Source of the DNA: Lophium mytilinum
Taxonomy: Eukaryota
Assembly (NCBI GenBank): GCA_010093605.1
Contig: MU004201.1
Span: 186,001-250,000 of the forward strand
Reading direction: 5' to 3'
Length of the DNA: 64,000 nucleotides
Part shown: positions 53,622 through 64,000 of the stretch, piece by piece
How the letters are laid out: each line of letters begins with the position of its first letter
How positions within the stretch are numbered: position 1 is the stretch's first letter
Translations under genes and position numbers: made by a program
The notes under the pieces: model-generated
Database searches by the model: none
The model's input: only the letters and a program-made list of their open reading frames with translations
Told to the model about the DNA's origin: nothing

Positions 53622-56600
53622 AATAGAACAACCTAATAAACTTACTATTATACAGTATAACATTAATAAAAGCCGTAACACTTAAAAGGAGTTCCTCAAA
53701 AAGGCAGAGGTCGCCCAGCCCTAGCCGCTGGTGCTAGCTATACAAGAACTATAGAAAAATACCTAAAAGTATACTATACTGCGTATAAAATTATATTATC
53801 TACTATATAGAGGGAGCCTAAACGCTAGAATATGCACGTACGTTAATAAGTGCCTAGACTTAGGCTAGTAGACTATTAAGTACTACTCCCCGGACCTTAT
53901 TACCCTCTCCCTCTAGGCGGGAGGAGAGAATATTTAAATTTACAACATCTATAACCCGAAGCCACGCAGGATTATAACTATGCTGCCCCCTATACTATAT
54001 AAGGAAGTAGAGCACGTACTTATAGGCAATATAAACCTATACTACCCGTCCTAGGGAGGAATACAGGTAGTTAGTGCGGAAGAATAGGCGGAGGAGCTTA
54101 TCTGTATTACCACGGAAGCGGGCATAAACCTAGCTACGGAGGAGGGTATAGAAATGTAGGCGAAAGGAATATTATAGACTATAATTAACCTTACGTTTAT
54201 AACCGGATAGCTTATAAAATAAATAACGTCCTGCATAGTTTAAGAGGAATAGAACTATTACTTAGATTACCGCCCTATATATATAGAGTTTAATATTACA
54301 CTACTAACAGCAATTAAATAGCCCTAACGCCGACTATAGAAAAACGTCGTATGGAAGAACGTGCAGGAGCACCTAGTAGCCTAACTACTTAAGCTGGAAA
54401 ACTAGAATAACCCCCTAGATAATAAAGAAGAAGAAGACCTTAATAACTTTATATATATTCTCTACTAACTTATTAAAATTACTATTAACGCTATAGTGCT
54501 AATAGCACGGCCCTTACTATATATATTACTATCCTAGACTAAGGAGTACTTAGAGGAGGTGCACGAGACTAGGCGGGCGTATAGAATGTGGCACTTATTA
54601 CGCTTAATAGAGGACTAGATCTTATACTAAGTCTAATGCAACCGCAAGAAAAGAGCTATAAGAAAGGAGAGTACTAAGGTATAGCGCTGCATGGTGGAAA
54701 AAGTAACAAACAACCCTAAAAGGGCATAGAAACTAGCTAAATAGGGCCGTATAGTTAGAAAGAAATTAAGGCCCCCTCCTTAATTCCCTTCTCTCTCTTA
54801 GCCCGGCGACCCCACCCTATATGCAGACAACGAGATAAAAGCATATATACTAGCAGAATAGTTCTTCCTACTACTAGTAGAAGCTAACCTAGCTAACCTA
54901 GAGGGGTTCTAATACCCGGAACTATATACTACCCCTATAGAAGTTACTATAGAAGACGTACTCTTAGCACTAATAGAAATTGCGCTAGATAAGGCCCCTG
55001 GAATTACAAGAATTACAAATAGATTCCTAAAGAAGTGCGAAATGCAACTAGTACCTATACTCGCCTGCTTCTTTATAAAGTGCCTATATAGAGGATACTA
55101 CCCCTAACCGTTTAAGGAATTAATTACTATAGTTCTACGTAAGCCTTAGAAAGCGTTCTATATAATAGTAAAGGCCTATAGGCCTATTACGCTAGTAGAA
55201 ATAATAGGTAAGCTATTTAAATGCATTGTGGCTAAGAGGCTCTCTAAGATAGCGGAGGAAAAGGGCATGCTACTGCCTAGCTAGATAGGGGCACGGCCGG
55301 AACGCTCTATATAGACAGCACTTAAGCTCCTTATAGAATAGATCTATACTGTATAGAAAGAAAACCTATAGCTTATAGTATTACTTCTTAGCTTAGATAT
55401 ATTAGGCGCGTTTAATTAAGTATTACATAAATAAATAATACACAACCTACGGGTCTAGAGAGTGCTAGAATAGATAATAAAGTTTACTAGGTCCTTTCTA
55501 TAGAACCGCACTACTAGACTATCTATAGAAAACTATATAGTAGAACTAATCGCAGTTACTATAGGCATCCCGCAGGGCTCTTTCTTATTACCTATTCTCT
55601 TCCTCTTCTTTACTAGCATACTACTGCTAACCCTCTAGGACGGCAACATAACGGCCTATAGGTTTATAGACAACATAAATATTCTTATATATAGTAGAAC
55701 TATAGAGGCGAACTATAGGGCTATTAAGAGAGCCTATAATAGGTGCATAGACTAGGTAAGGAAATACAGCGTTATATTTGCACTAGATAAATATCACCTA
55801 ATATACTTTATAAGAGCCCGTATAGAAATTAACCTAAAGGCTATAGTTAATATATAGAGCTTTAAGGAGGGCCCTATTAAAGAACTATAAGTACTAGGAG
55901 TATAAGTAGACTCTAAGCTAAAGTAGGGCCTGTATATAAGTATAATAAAGAATAAAGCTATAACCTAGATAGGGGCGCTTACTAGGCTTACAGCATCTAC
56001 CTAGGGAGCAAGCTTTAGGAAGGCACGCCTAATATACTTAGTAGTAATTCGGCCTGCTATTATATATAGATGCACTACCTAGTATACTACACTAGGTATG
56101 CCGGAGCAGCTTAGTAAGATAAAGGTTAAGCAGCTTAAAATAACCTAAAACTACTATTTCTAAAGGATCTTAGGGGCATATAAGACTATAAATACTAAGG
56201 TACTAGAGTATAAGATATTATATCCTCTACTTCTATTAAAACTAGAGAAACTTATAGTAGCTTACGCGGACTATATACGCAAGAGGCTAGCACGCAAGTA
56301 TATTAAAACACTATGCAGTAATATATAAAGGGAAATCTACGCTAACTATAGGCTGCTTATAAGGCTAAAGTATAGCCCTAGCCGGCAAGATATACTCTAT
56401 AACCTTATAGTAAAGGCTATAAAGTTATGTACTAGGTTTAAAGAGGAATTAGAGGACGCCTATAAGCGCTTAAGGTAATTTACTATTAAGTGCAAATATA
56501 AAGAAAGGTAGGAGAAGAAGTAGAAGTCCTTCTATAAATTAGAGCGGTAAGGGCTACTAACGCCGGCCCTTAACACTAAATAGAGTAAATAATAAGAAAC

Positions 56601-56945
56601 TTTATATAAAGGGCTTATAAATATTAAGAGTACTATTCTTATAAACCTATAGACGGAGTATATAGAACTTAACGGGTACCTGCACTATATAAGAGTGCCC
56701 GGCCACCTAATACTAGCCTGCCCCTGTAAGTACGGCCTCTAATCGCCCCAGCACGTAGTAATAAGCTATAAGAGGCACGTAAAGGGTAAAAGTAAACTAT
56801 TTAAGAGAGTAAAGACCTAGATGTATAAGAAAATATACAATATTAAAAAGGGACCTAAGGCGATAGCCCGCTAGTTTTTATAGAAAATAGACCTACTACC
56901 CTACCTCTTAATGGCTAGAGAGATGGAAATATAAAGGCTGTAGGC
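53622..56945 (+). pseudogene. LINE ORF2 (AP endonuclease, reverse transcriptase, C-terminal CCHC)
   Basis: IIQYNINKS, LAIQEL*, GNINLYYPS*, LDYRPI, KAPG (54991), AYRPITL, DILGAF, GIPQGS (55564), FIDN, CPC...HVV (~56718-56760). Confidence 0.9.
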
Positions 56946-58071
56946 TTAGCCTTCCTATTTCCAATAGCTTTACTATTTCTAACAGCCTTACTATTTCTAA
57001 CAGCCTATCTATAAGCCGTATACTACCTAAATAGTATATACTCTAAATACTCTATATATACTATATACTGCTATTTATCTACCGCCCCTTAGCCCTACCT
57101 CTTTTAGCTAGGCCATAACTCTTAGCCGTGCCATAGCCCTTAGCTATGCCACGGCCCTTAGCTATACTAAGGCCCTTAGCTATACTATAAAAGCTTATAC
57201 CTGCTATACGCAGCTATAGACTCCCTATAGTATACTAGAGCTGCCCCTCCAGCTATACTCCCTATTATATACTTCCTATTCCCTATAGCCCTTCTATTTC
57301 TTAGTAGCCTCTCTACTCTATAATAGCTACCCGTAAAGCTATATACTACCTAAACATTATATACTCTACTATAGAGCCGCCCTTTAGCCCTCCTATAACT
57401 GCTAGCTATGCTGTAGAAGATTATACTTACTACTAGCAGCTGTATACTTTCTATAGTATACTATAAGTTATATACTCTACTATATACTTCTATTATATAC
57501 TTCCCGTGCCTATAAGGAATAGAATAGAATAACGTTGCTACCTAATAAGTAACTACCTAATAGGCCTTATACTACTATATGCTACATAGCCTTTCTATTC
57601 TATTTTAGCCCTTCTACCCCCTTAGCCTACAGGGCCCCCTATACTTAATTCCTTTCCTTAAACCCGCTTTTAAGATAGAACACGCATACGCCCGCACTGC
57701 GCGCGTGCCTTTACGCTAATCCTATACTAGCTAACCGCCCCGGATTCTAATTAACCTAACCCAAATCTAGGAGGATAACTATAACCTAATCTAGATTAAT
57801 TTAGAAGGATGCATTATAATAGCTTATTCCGTGGCAGGCCTAATAGACCTACTACGCGTCCCTAATAGCTAAATAATGCTATAAGAGAGGGCGCTTAGCT
57901 TAATACACTATAGAGGACAAGGTTTTCATCTAATAGCTACTTAGTAGTAAACAGTTTCTTCTTATAACTAGCCTAGATAGAACAGCTATATAAACCCTAA
58001 TAGGAGCTACACTAGCTTAATAGAATTTAATAATAATTTAATAATAATAATAATATAGCTATATATATTAT

Positions 58072-60410
58072 TACTTATTAGTATACCTAGGTTAGCTAAA
58101 GTTAGAAGTAGCCCTAGGCTAGGGGGGCGGTTATAGGTAAAGGCTATTACTATCTTATTACCTAAGCATAGATAGTAGGGGAGGCCGGTACTCTAGAGGG
58201 TGTATAGCGCGGTAGTAGGGCCTCTCCTCTAATAGGTAACTTTATCCTAATTTAGATAGTTCCGCGCTAGTATAATAGTTATTACACTCTTCTACTAAAG
58301 TATAGTCGCCTCTAGAGTCTTCCTAAGCCCGGGGTAGTTAGCTAAGAATCCGCCTTTAGTTAGTTCTGCAACGAACTTATTTATAGTATAAACGCTAGCT
58401 AGCTAGTATAGAAATAGTAGTAGTTAAATACTAAGTAGAGTAAATTTCTAGTCTACTATTAGATTAGTGTGCGTGAAATTAAAACTAAAATATTCTAGAT
58501 ATTCTTTCTAGAACTCCGGCATAATATATTCTTTAAACGTTCTTTAGAAGTTAGCAACTATTTCCTCTTTAGACTGTTTATTGTTAATATCTATAGTAAT
58601 AACTAGGGCAGGGTCTAGCTATACCTCCTCCTATTTTACATCCGCCGCTGCTATTAGCGATTATTGGATCTAGACTGCCGCTTACTCTAGAAATATCCTA
58701 TATTTCTTGAACGCTTCTAGCGCGAGGCCGTCTTTAATTAAAGGCGATTTTTAGCCTTTCTTAAAGTTTAGGTAGATATGCGCTTTTACTTTATCTTGCG
58801 CCGATATTGTATACTTAGCACCTATCTCTTAGAGACGCGCCTAGTCTATATTAGTAGTTTAGTATAGCTAGTTCTATTTAAAGCCGTTTATATACTTATA
58901 TATATAGAGATAGATAGTAATATTTTATTATCTACTTTAGTAATATTATCTACTGCTAGTTTAGCGGCTATCCTAGTAGTAGCTAAATTAGCAGAGAGAA
59001 TAGTTCTGATAGCGAAGTTAGTCGCGCCCTCGCCCGGGCTCGCGTTGTGTGTTAGTAATAGACTGTAGTCTAAAGTTGCATCTAATAGAGAGCTTCCTAC
59101 TAGAACCGGCGGGGATTTAGTAGAGCTTATGTTTATAGGCTTTAGTTAGAAGTAGAGTAGTTTTCTCTTTTTTATTAATAACACCGAAACTATAGTATTA
59201 TTATATTCTTTAGTATAAGTATTTAAGACGCGCTTTCTCTATTACTTAAGTTATTACTTAAACTATAACCTAAGCTATCCTCTAAACTATTATCTAAGTT
59301 ATTACTATTATATAAGGAGAGGGATTTTAGTAATTATTCTTACTTAGTATTATATTTGCCTAACGTTATAGCGTTAAGTTTAGTGCGACGCGATTTACTC
59401 TAGCGCTCCGCGTTGCGGTTAGTTTCTCCGTCCTATTCGGTATTGCGTGGCCGTTTTACTGCTAGGCGGTAGAGATAGATTAGCAAGTGCCTTTTAAGAA
59501 TAATAGGTAAGATACTTACTATTTTTAATAGCTCTAGTTACTATAAAGTAGTATATATTAAGCGGCTCTATAAAGACGGCCTCTAGCGTTACTTATAAGT
59601 AAATAATAAACCTACCCTCTATATTTATATTCCTTATAGACTAGTTATTAAGATTTATTATTACTTTATAGAACTATATACTTATATAATCTCTAAATGC
59701 AACTAATTACACCCGGTTATAGTACTTAACGCCCTTGCTTATAGTATCTATAGGGGTAGAAAGGTTATAGAAATGCATTACCCGCAATAGCTTCTGCGTG
59801 CTGGTAGACTCGTCCTCTACTTATATTATAACGCTTAATTTTAGAATCTAGTCTATAGGCACCTATATTACTATTACCGCTATCTCTATTACTAATATTT
59901 TAATTATATAGGAATTTAGCGATAATATAGTAAAGTTAGAAGGGGTAGACTCTTGCAACCGGCTGCGCTTAGGAGGTATACTATTTATAACTCGCTAGAT
60001 TCTTAAGGCTTATTTAGCTAAGTACCTATCTACTATAGCTAAGGCTTCCGCTAATTTTAAATTAGGTACTTTCTTGCCTAGGTTGCTTTTAGACGTTATT
60101 ACCGCCTTCTATAGAGAATTAAAGACATCTATCTATATTTCCTTACCTAAATTTAACTACTTTAATAGAGGCTTTAAATAGGTGTTAATTATCTAAGTCT
60201 TTAATTAGTCTTTAATCTAGCAACCTTTAATCTTTTACTATAAACTACTCTATATTAGTAATATCTACTTTATATTATCTAGCACTATTATAGCTAAGCT
60301 ATCTAATATCTTATTAGATTACGCGCTGCTATTACATAGGCCGATCTTCTTTATGGCCGCTTTTACGCCTAGGACCGCAGTTCTAGCCTCCTTATGCTCT
60401 CCCTTAGGCA
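58072..60410 (-). pseudogene. RIP-destroyed, intron-containing gene(s) of unknown family
   Basis: One frame of ~250 codons at 58080-58850 with only TAA/TAG stops. Fungal intron GTAAGT...GCTAAT...TAG/CAG at ~59462-59519. Candidate starts MPKGEHK (~60410) and (M)PPKRSR (~59980). Confidence 0.5.
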
Positions 60411-60621
60411 TTATATAGTACGTACGCTACTACTATTTAGAGTATTTCTAACCTAGGCTGTAGTAAATAAATAGTAATTATAGGGTGCGCGTAAGGTTTT
60501 ACGGGCGTTGCAGGGAATTAAAGGCTTAGAAGACTTCTATTATATTAGTAATTTTAATTATAGAAGAGCGCTATAGTAGCTCTTAATCTAAAGGCGACTT
60601 ACTAATTACCGCAGGTACCTA

Positions 60622-61343
60622 TGTTAAGGAAAAATATTCTAGCCATTTAGCGGCTAAAAGCAGCATTTAGTAGTATTTAGCTACGTTTTGCGCTATTGGC
60701 GCTGTAGCGTATATATTCTATTTACCTGCTGCAAAATGCAGCTAAATGCTGTATTTTGCTAAACTGCTAAATATTTTGCTATATTTTACTAAAGCCTAAA
60801 TATTAATGCCGCATAATATTAAATAACTATCCTAGGTATAAATCCTTATAGATTATAGAGTTATTAGTATATAATAATACTATAGAAGCTACTAGTATAA
60901 TACTATATAATATAATATTAGAAGAAAAGGTTATATATAAAGATCTAAGGTTTACTAAGATATTTTAAATAATATTAGTAATTCGTTAAAGTCCTATATA
61001 AGTAGAGTCTTAGCGAGCTATCTTACTAGGATAGCAACTTTAGTATTAGTATTAGTAAGCATGGATAAATTATTAAATATCTATAACTTTTAATAATATT
61101 AACTTTTATAAAAATTATATTTTTATGAAAAAGTATTTATAATTATTATTAGTAACCCAAAATTTACTATAAAGGAAAATGCATAGTATAGCTTAATAGA
61201 AACTTATTTTTTATAGAAACCCAAACCTAAAATGGCTGCCGTTGGCTGCTAATAGCGGCTAAATGCATAGAAATGCAAAAATGGCTAGTTTAGCTGGTTT
61301 GGCAGAAAGCCTGTTTAAATGGCTGGAATATTTTTCTCTAATG
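60622..61343. mobile_element. Non-autonomous TIR element / MITE I (~720 bp; ~28-bp TIR; TA TSD)
   Basis: ta|tgttaaggaaaaatattctagccattta (60620-) is the inverted repeat of taaatggctggaatatttttctctaatg|ta (-61345). Subterminal gctaaa repeats and AT-rich core. Confidence 0.75.
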
Positions 61344-62874
61344 TAACATGCGTAACGTATCTATATAGAGGCGATATCTATATTCTAGTATGCGGGTGCT
61401 CTATATATAAGACGGCGTATCTTATATAAGGCGCTTACTATAGCGGGGCTTAGATCTATATACTTTACCTATAGATTACGGGCCTATAGATTAACCCTAA
61501 GGTAGTAGACTAGTTTTAAGTAATTATATAGTACCTAAATAGGCGTAGATAGATTAGGTTACTATTAAGTTAGTAATAGATTATTTAGGTGTAAGCGGTT
61601 AGTGCACGCTAGAAGGTCTAGGTAAAGTAGGGAATTAATTAGGAGCGGTCTAGCTCCGCTAATAAATCTAGCTAGTAAGAGAGAGTTCTTAGGCGAGTAG
61701 TGCTAGCGATGGCGTTAAACCCTAGCTATATAATAGCTAAGAATAAACTGCTATTACTATAGCTACTATAATCTTTAGATAGAATATTTTATATAAGAAC
61801 TTGTGCTAAAGCGTTAAAGTATATACGCTTAGGGATAGTTAAAGTATATAAAGTTAGAGCAGAGAGACTATATGCACACTCTAACTATTAGTTTAATAGT
61901 ATTATACTGTAAAATAATACCTTACTTTTATAAGTCTTGCTGTATTAAATTGCGCGCTACCCTGCGCTAGCCGCTTAGTCATTGCCGCATTATATAATAA
62001 CTTCTCTTAGCTAGTTAATAAGAGGTAGTTTACTAGCCTGTCTAGAAACTATAGGTAGAAGTTAGTACCTCTACTACGCCCTAGAGCATTATAATAATAA
62101 ATATTATTATTACCCGGCCTCTATATTAACGCAGTTAGGTTAGTAGGTTACTAAGAACGGTTCCTTTAGCACACCTAGTCTCTTTTAGTTAGCTACTTTT
62201 ATATAGAGAGTATGTTTAGGGTTTTAGCCTTTGCATTTATAGAATATATTAGGCTTGCCTACTAGTATTATCCGTGTTTATATCTCTATTATAACCTTAT
62301 AGATTCTTATAGATAGTTAATTTAGTTAAAGTCTTTATAGCATCTTAGGTATCTAATAGAGGGGGGGGGGGGGTGTTACGGTTCTGTGGATGACAGGCTC
62401 TAGCGTATAGCACGTAATGGACGCTCACATGCACGCCCAGCCGGACGTCGGCGTCCTATACGCCGGCGTAGCCCTTAAGGCAACGCCTGCTAGCTAGCTA
62501 ATAGGACACCTTTTACCTCTACATCTTGCTTCTCGCAATAAATGGTAGCTCAGTGCTTTTCCATTAGAATTCCTTCCTGAATTCACTAGCTTTACATATC
62601 GTAAGCACCAGATCATACGCAGGCCTCCGGAAATCATCTTAGGAGCTCTCGGTCTCGATAGGATTATCTCAACGAGTTCCTGGCGTCCGAGACTATCGCC
62701 GGCTTCATCTCTACTAGCCTACGTCGCAACAGCTTATATAAGCTAGATGTACCATTAACTAGTCCTCTATAATCCGCGTTCACGGGTACCCACGTAAGAC
62801 GTCGAGAACGTCGGCGTCCTTGAAGGCTTGAACGCTGCGAACCCGCCTTATAAGCTTTAATTAACAAACCGTTA

Positions 62875-63035
62875 ACGACTTCCCGGAAAGCGTTGTCTTC
62901 TACGACTTCCTGGAAACCGTCGTCTTCTACGACTTCCTGGAAACCGTCGTCTTCTACGACTTCCTGGAAACTGTCGTCTTCTATGACTTCCTGGAAACTG
63001 TCGTCTTTCACGACTCCTAGAAGCCGCCATCTTCG
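62875..63035. repeat. 27-bp tandem repeat (acgacttcctggaaaccgtcgtcttct) x5-6 in J
   Basis: Adjacent units with no spacers. Explains the 9-aa periodic ORFs on both strands. Confidence 0.9.
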
Positions 63036-63573
63036 ACGGCTTCCTAGAGCTTACCGCATTGAGGAAGCAGTACCGTGGTTTAGAGGAAGCCACGTCATTA
63101 ATAAACCCCATCTGCTTTCCTCTTAAGACTACTCTCTCTCCTTCATTAACATCTCCCTCATCAACGTCTCTTCTCTCTACGTCTGCCTCATCACGTACGC
63201 CGGCGACAGGCTTTTCGACGCCGCGTAAGAACAGGCTCTCGTTGGCGAGCCCCTTAAGCAAGCCGGCAGCCAGACGTCAGCGTCCTGCAGGCCGCTGTTA
63301 GTCTCTTGCGGCCGTCTTTAGCCTTTCACGGCCGTTATTAGCCTTCTACGGCCGCCATTAGTCTGACGCCCGTGTAACCTCATGTCTGGTGGTGCCCAAC
63401 GCCTAGACCTCCCGGATTATATCGTCTCGCTTGGACGACAGCTTCACGCCTTCTTAATTGCCAACCGTTGAGCTATTAAGTCGATTGAGCTAAAGGCCAT
63501 CTTACCTAGCTTCATCGCGCACTTCCTAACCTAGCCAACCGTCTCTAGTACACAAGGACGGCGATTACAGTCT

Positions 63574-64000
63574 GTGGACCCCTTACCGTTTCCACTAGAG
63601 TGGAACATTACGACAGCCCGTGCTGATTACGCCGTCGACCGCTTTCTCGCCGCCGCCCGACTCGCCTATCCCGAGGAGATTGCGAATATCGGCCTTAGCG
63701 CCGGTACCGGAGCGCACAACCGCGACACGTCGCGCTCCAACAACCTCTTCAACGACTCTGTGACGTCTGCGTCACCCAGGCTTACTCCTGACAGCCGCCG
63801 GCCATTGACAGCGTCCGCCCATTCAGGGTTCACGGAGCAGGTCACCCGCAACGAGAGCGTGAACCCGTTGCCGCTCGGCAACAATAATAACAATATGACG
63901 GCCTTCTCAGCTGAGCAGACCCAAGCCCTGCGTGACCTTATTCGCGCAGTTGTTACGGAAGTCCGTGACGAGAGAGCCCCGCCATAAGGACCACCTGGTC
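63574..64000 (+). pseudogene. Probable gag N-terminal region of J with an in-frame RIP-type stop
   Basis: 137-aa ORF ending MTAFSAEQTQALRDLIRAVV...APP*GPPG. The TAA is consistent with CAA (PPQGPPG). Confidence 0.5.

Larger units (their letters stand above)
51707..58058 (+). mobile_element. Full-length Tad-clade LINE (non-LTR retrotransposon), RIP-inactivated
   Basis: ORF1 with three Cys knuckles, ORF2 APE-RT-CCHC, (TAA)n tail at ~58028-58055. Candidate 13-bp TSD CTATATATATTAT (51694-51706, 58059-58071), low complexity, so the ends are less sure. Confidence 0.85.
62374..64000 (+). mobile_element. 5' portion of LTR retrotransposon J (less RIP-mutated; truncated by window end)
   Basis: Starts TGTTACG, AATAAA at ~62537, probable LTR end TTTACA at 62596, abrupt rise in GC and CpA/TpG, gag-like frame downstream. 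Partner LTR is not in the window. Confidence 0.65.

Noticed and set aside
60990..61070. Possible hAT dimerisation-domain remnant in the core of MITE I
   Set aside because: The resemblance requires many assumed reversions, and the TA TSD argues against hAT.
61346..62373. 3' end of a copia-like element ending in a G-rich PPT before LTR J
   Set aside because: No RT or RNase H motifs were found upstream, and the RIP level differs abruptly from the LTR.
62875..63035. 27-bp repeats resembling a CRISPR array
   Set aside because: Units are head-to-tail with no unique spacers, there are no cas genes, and the context is a fungal TE.
62664..63301. Overlapping ORFs with 9-aa periodicity (EDDGFQEVV, FPGSRRRRR, TTSWKPSSS)
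   Set aside because: All are readings of the same 27-bp repeat, and none can be supported as an independent gene.

Overview
This window is filamentous-ascomycete heterochromatin, heavily mutated by repeat-induced point mutation (RIP: CpA/TpG depleted, TpA enriched, Gln/Trp codons turned to TAA/TAG). I found no intact protein-coding gene. Paired LTRs and target-site duplications (TSDs) resolve most of it into nested transposons. Ty3/Gypsy chromovirus A (minus, <1-41272) contains B (4604-30219, TSD ATRCC) and E (30941-38905, TSD GTATT). B contains C (6208-14562, TSD GCCCC) and D (20281-29259, TSD TAAAT), and D contains a B-family solo LTR (24916-25135, TSD TTGTG). To the right, a mitochondrion-like AT-rich segment (tRNA-Cys plus group I intron motifs) is split by a non-autonomous TIR element F, whose left TIR was hit by chromovirus G (41646-49939, TSD AGTAC). 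Next come a full-length Tad-clade LINE (~51707-58058) that appears to interrupt a RIP-destroyed intron-containing gene of unknown family, a second TIR element (60622-61343), and the 5' end of a less-mutated LTR element J (62374->64000). Highlights: three AT-hook motifs in the RNase H-integrase linker of G; Tf1-like self-priming PBS/LTR complementarity in five elements; a slippery heptamer plus hairpin at all six gag-pol junctions; a (CCCTAA)8 tract inside pol that RIP may have created; and a probable NUMT as the ground layer. Protein-domain coordinates are approximate, from manual translation.
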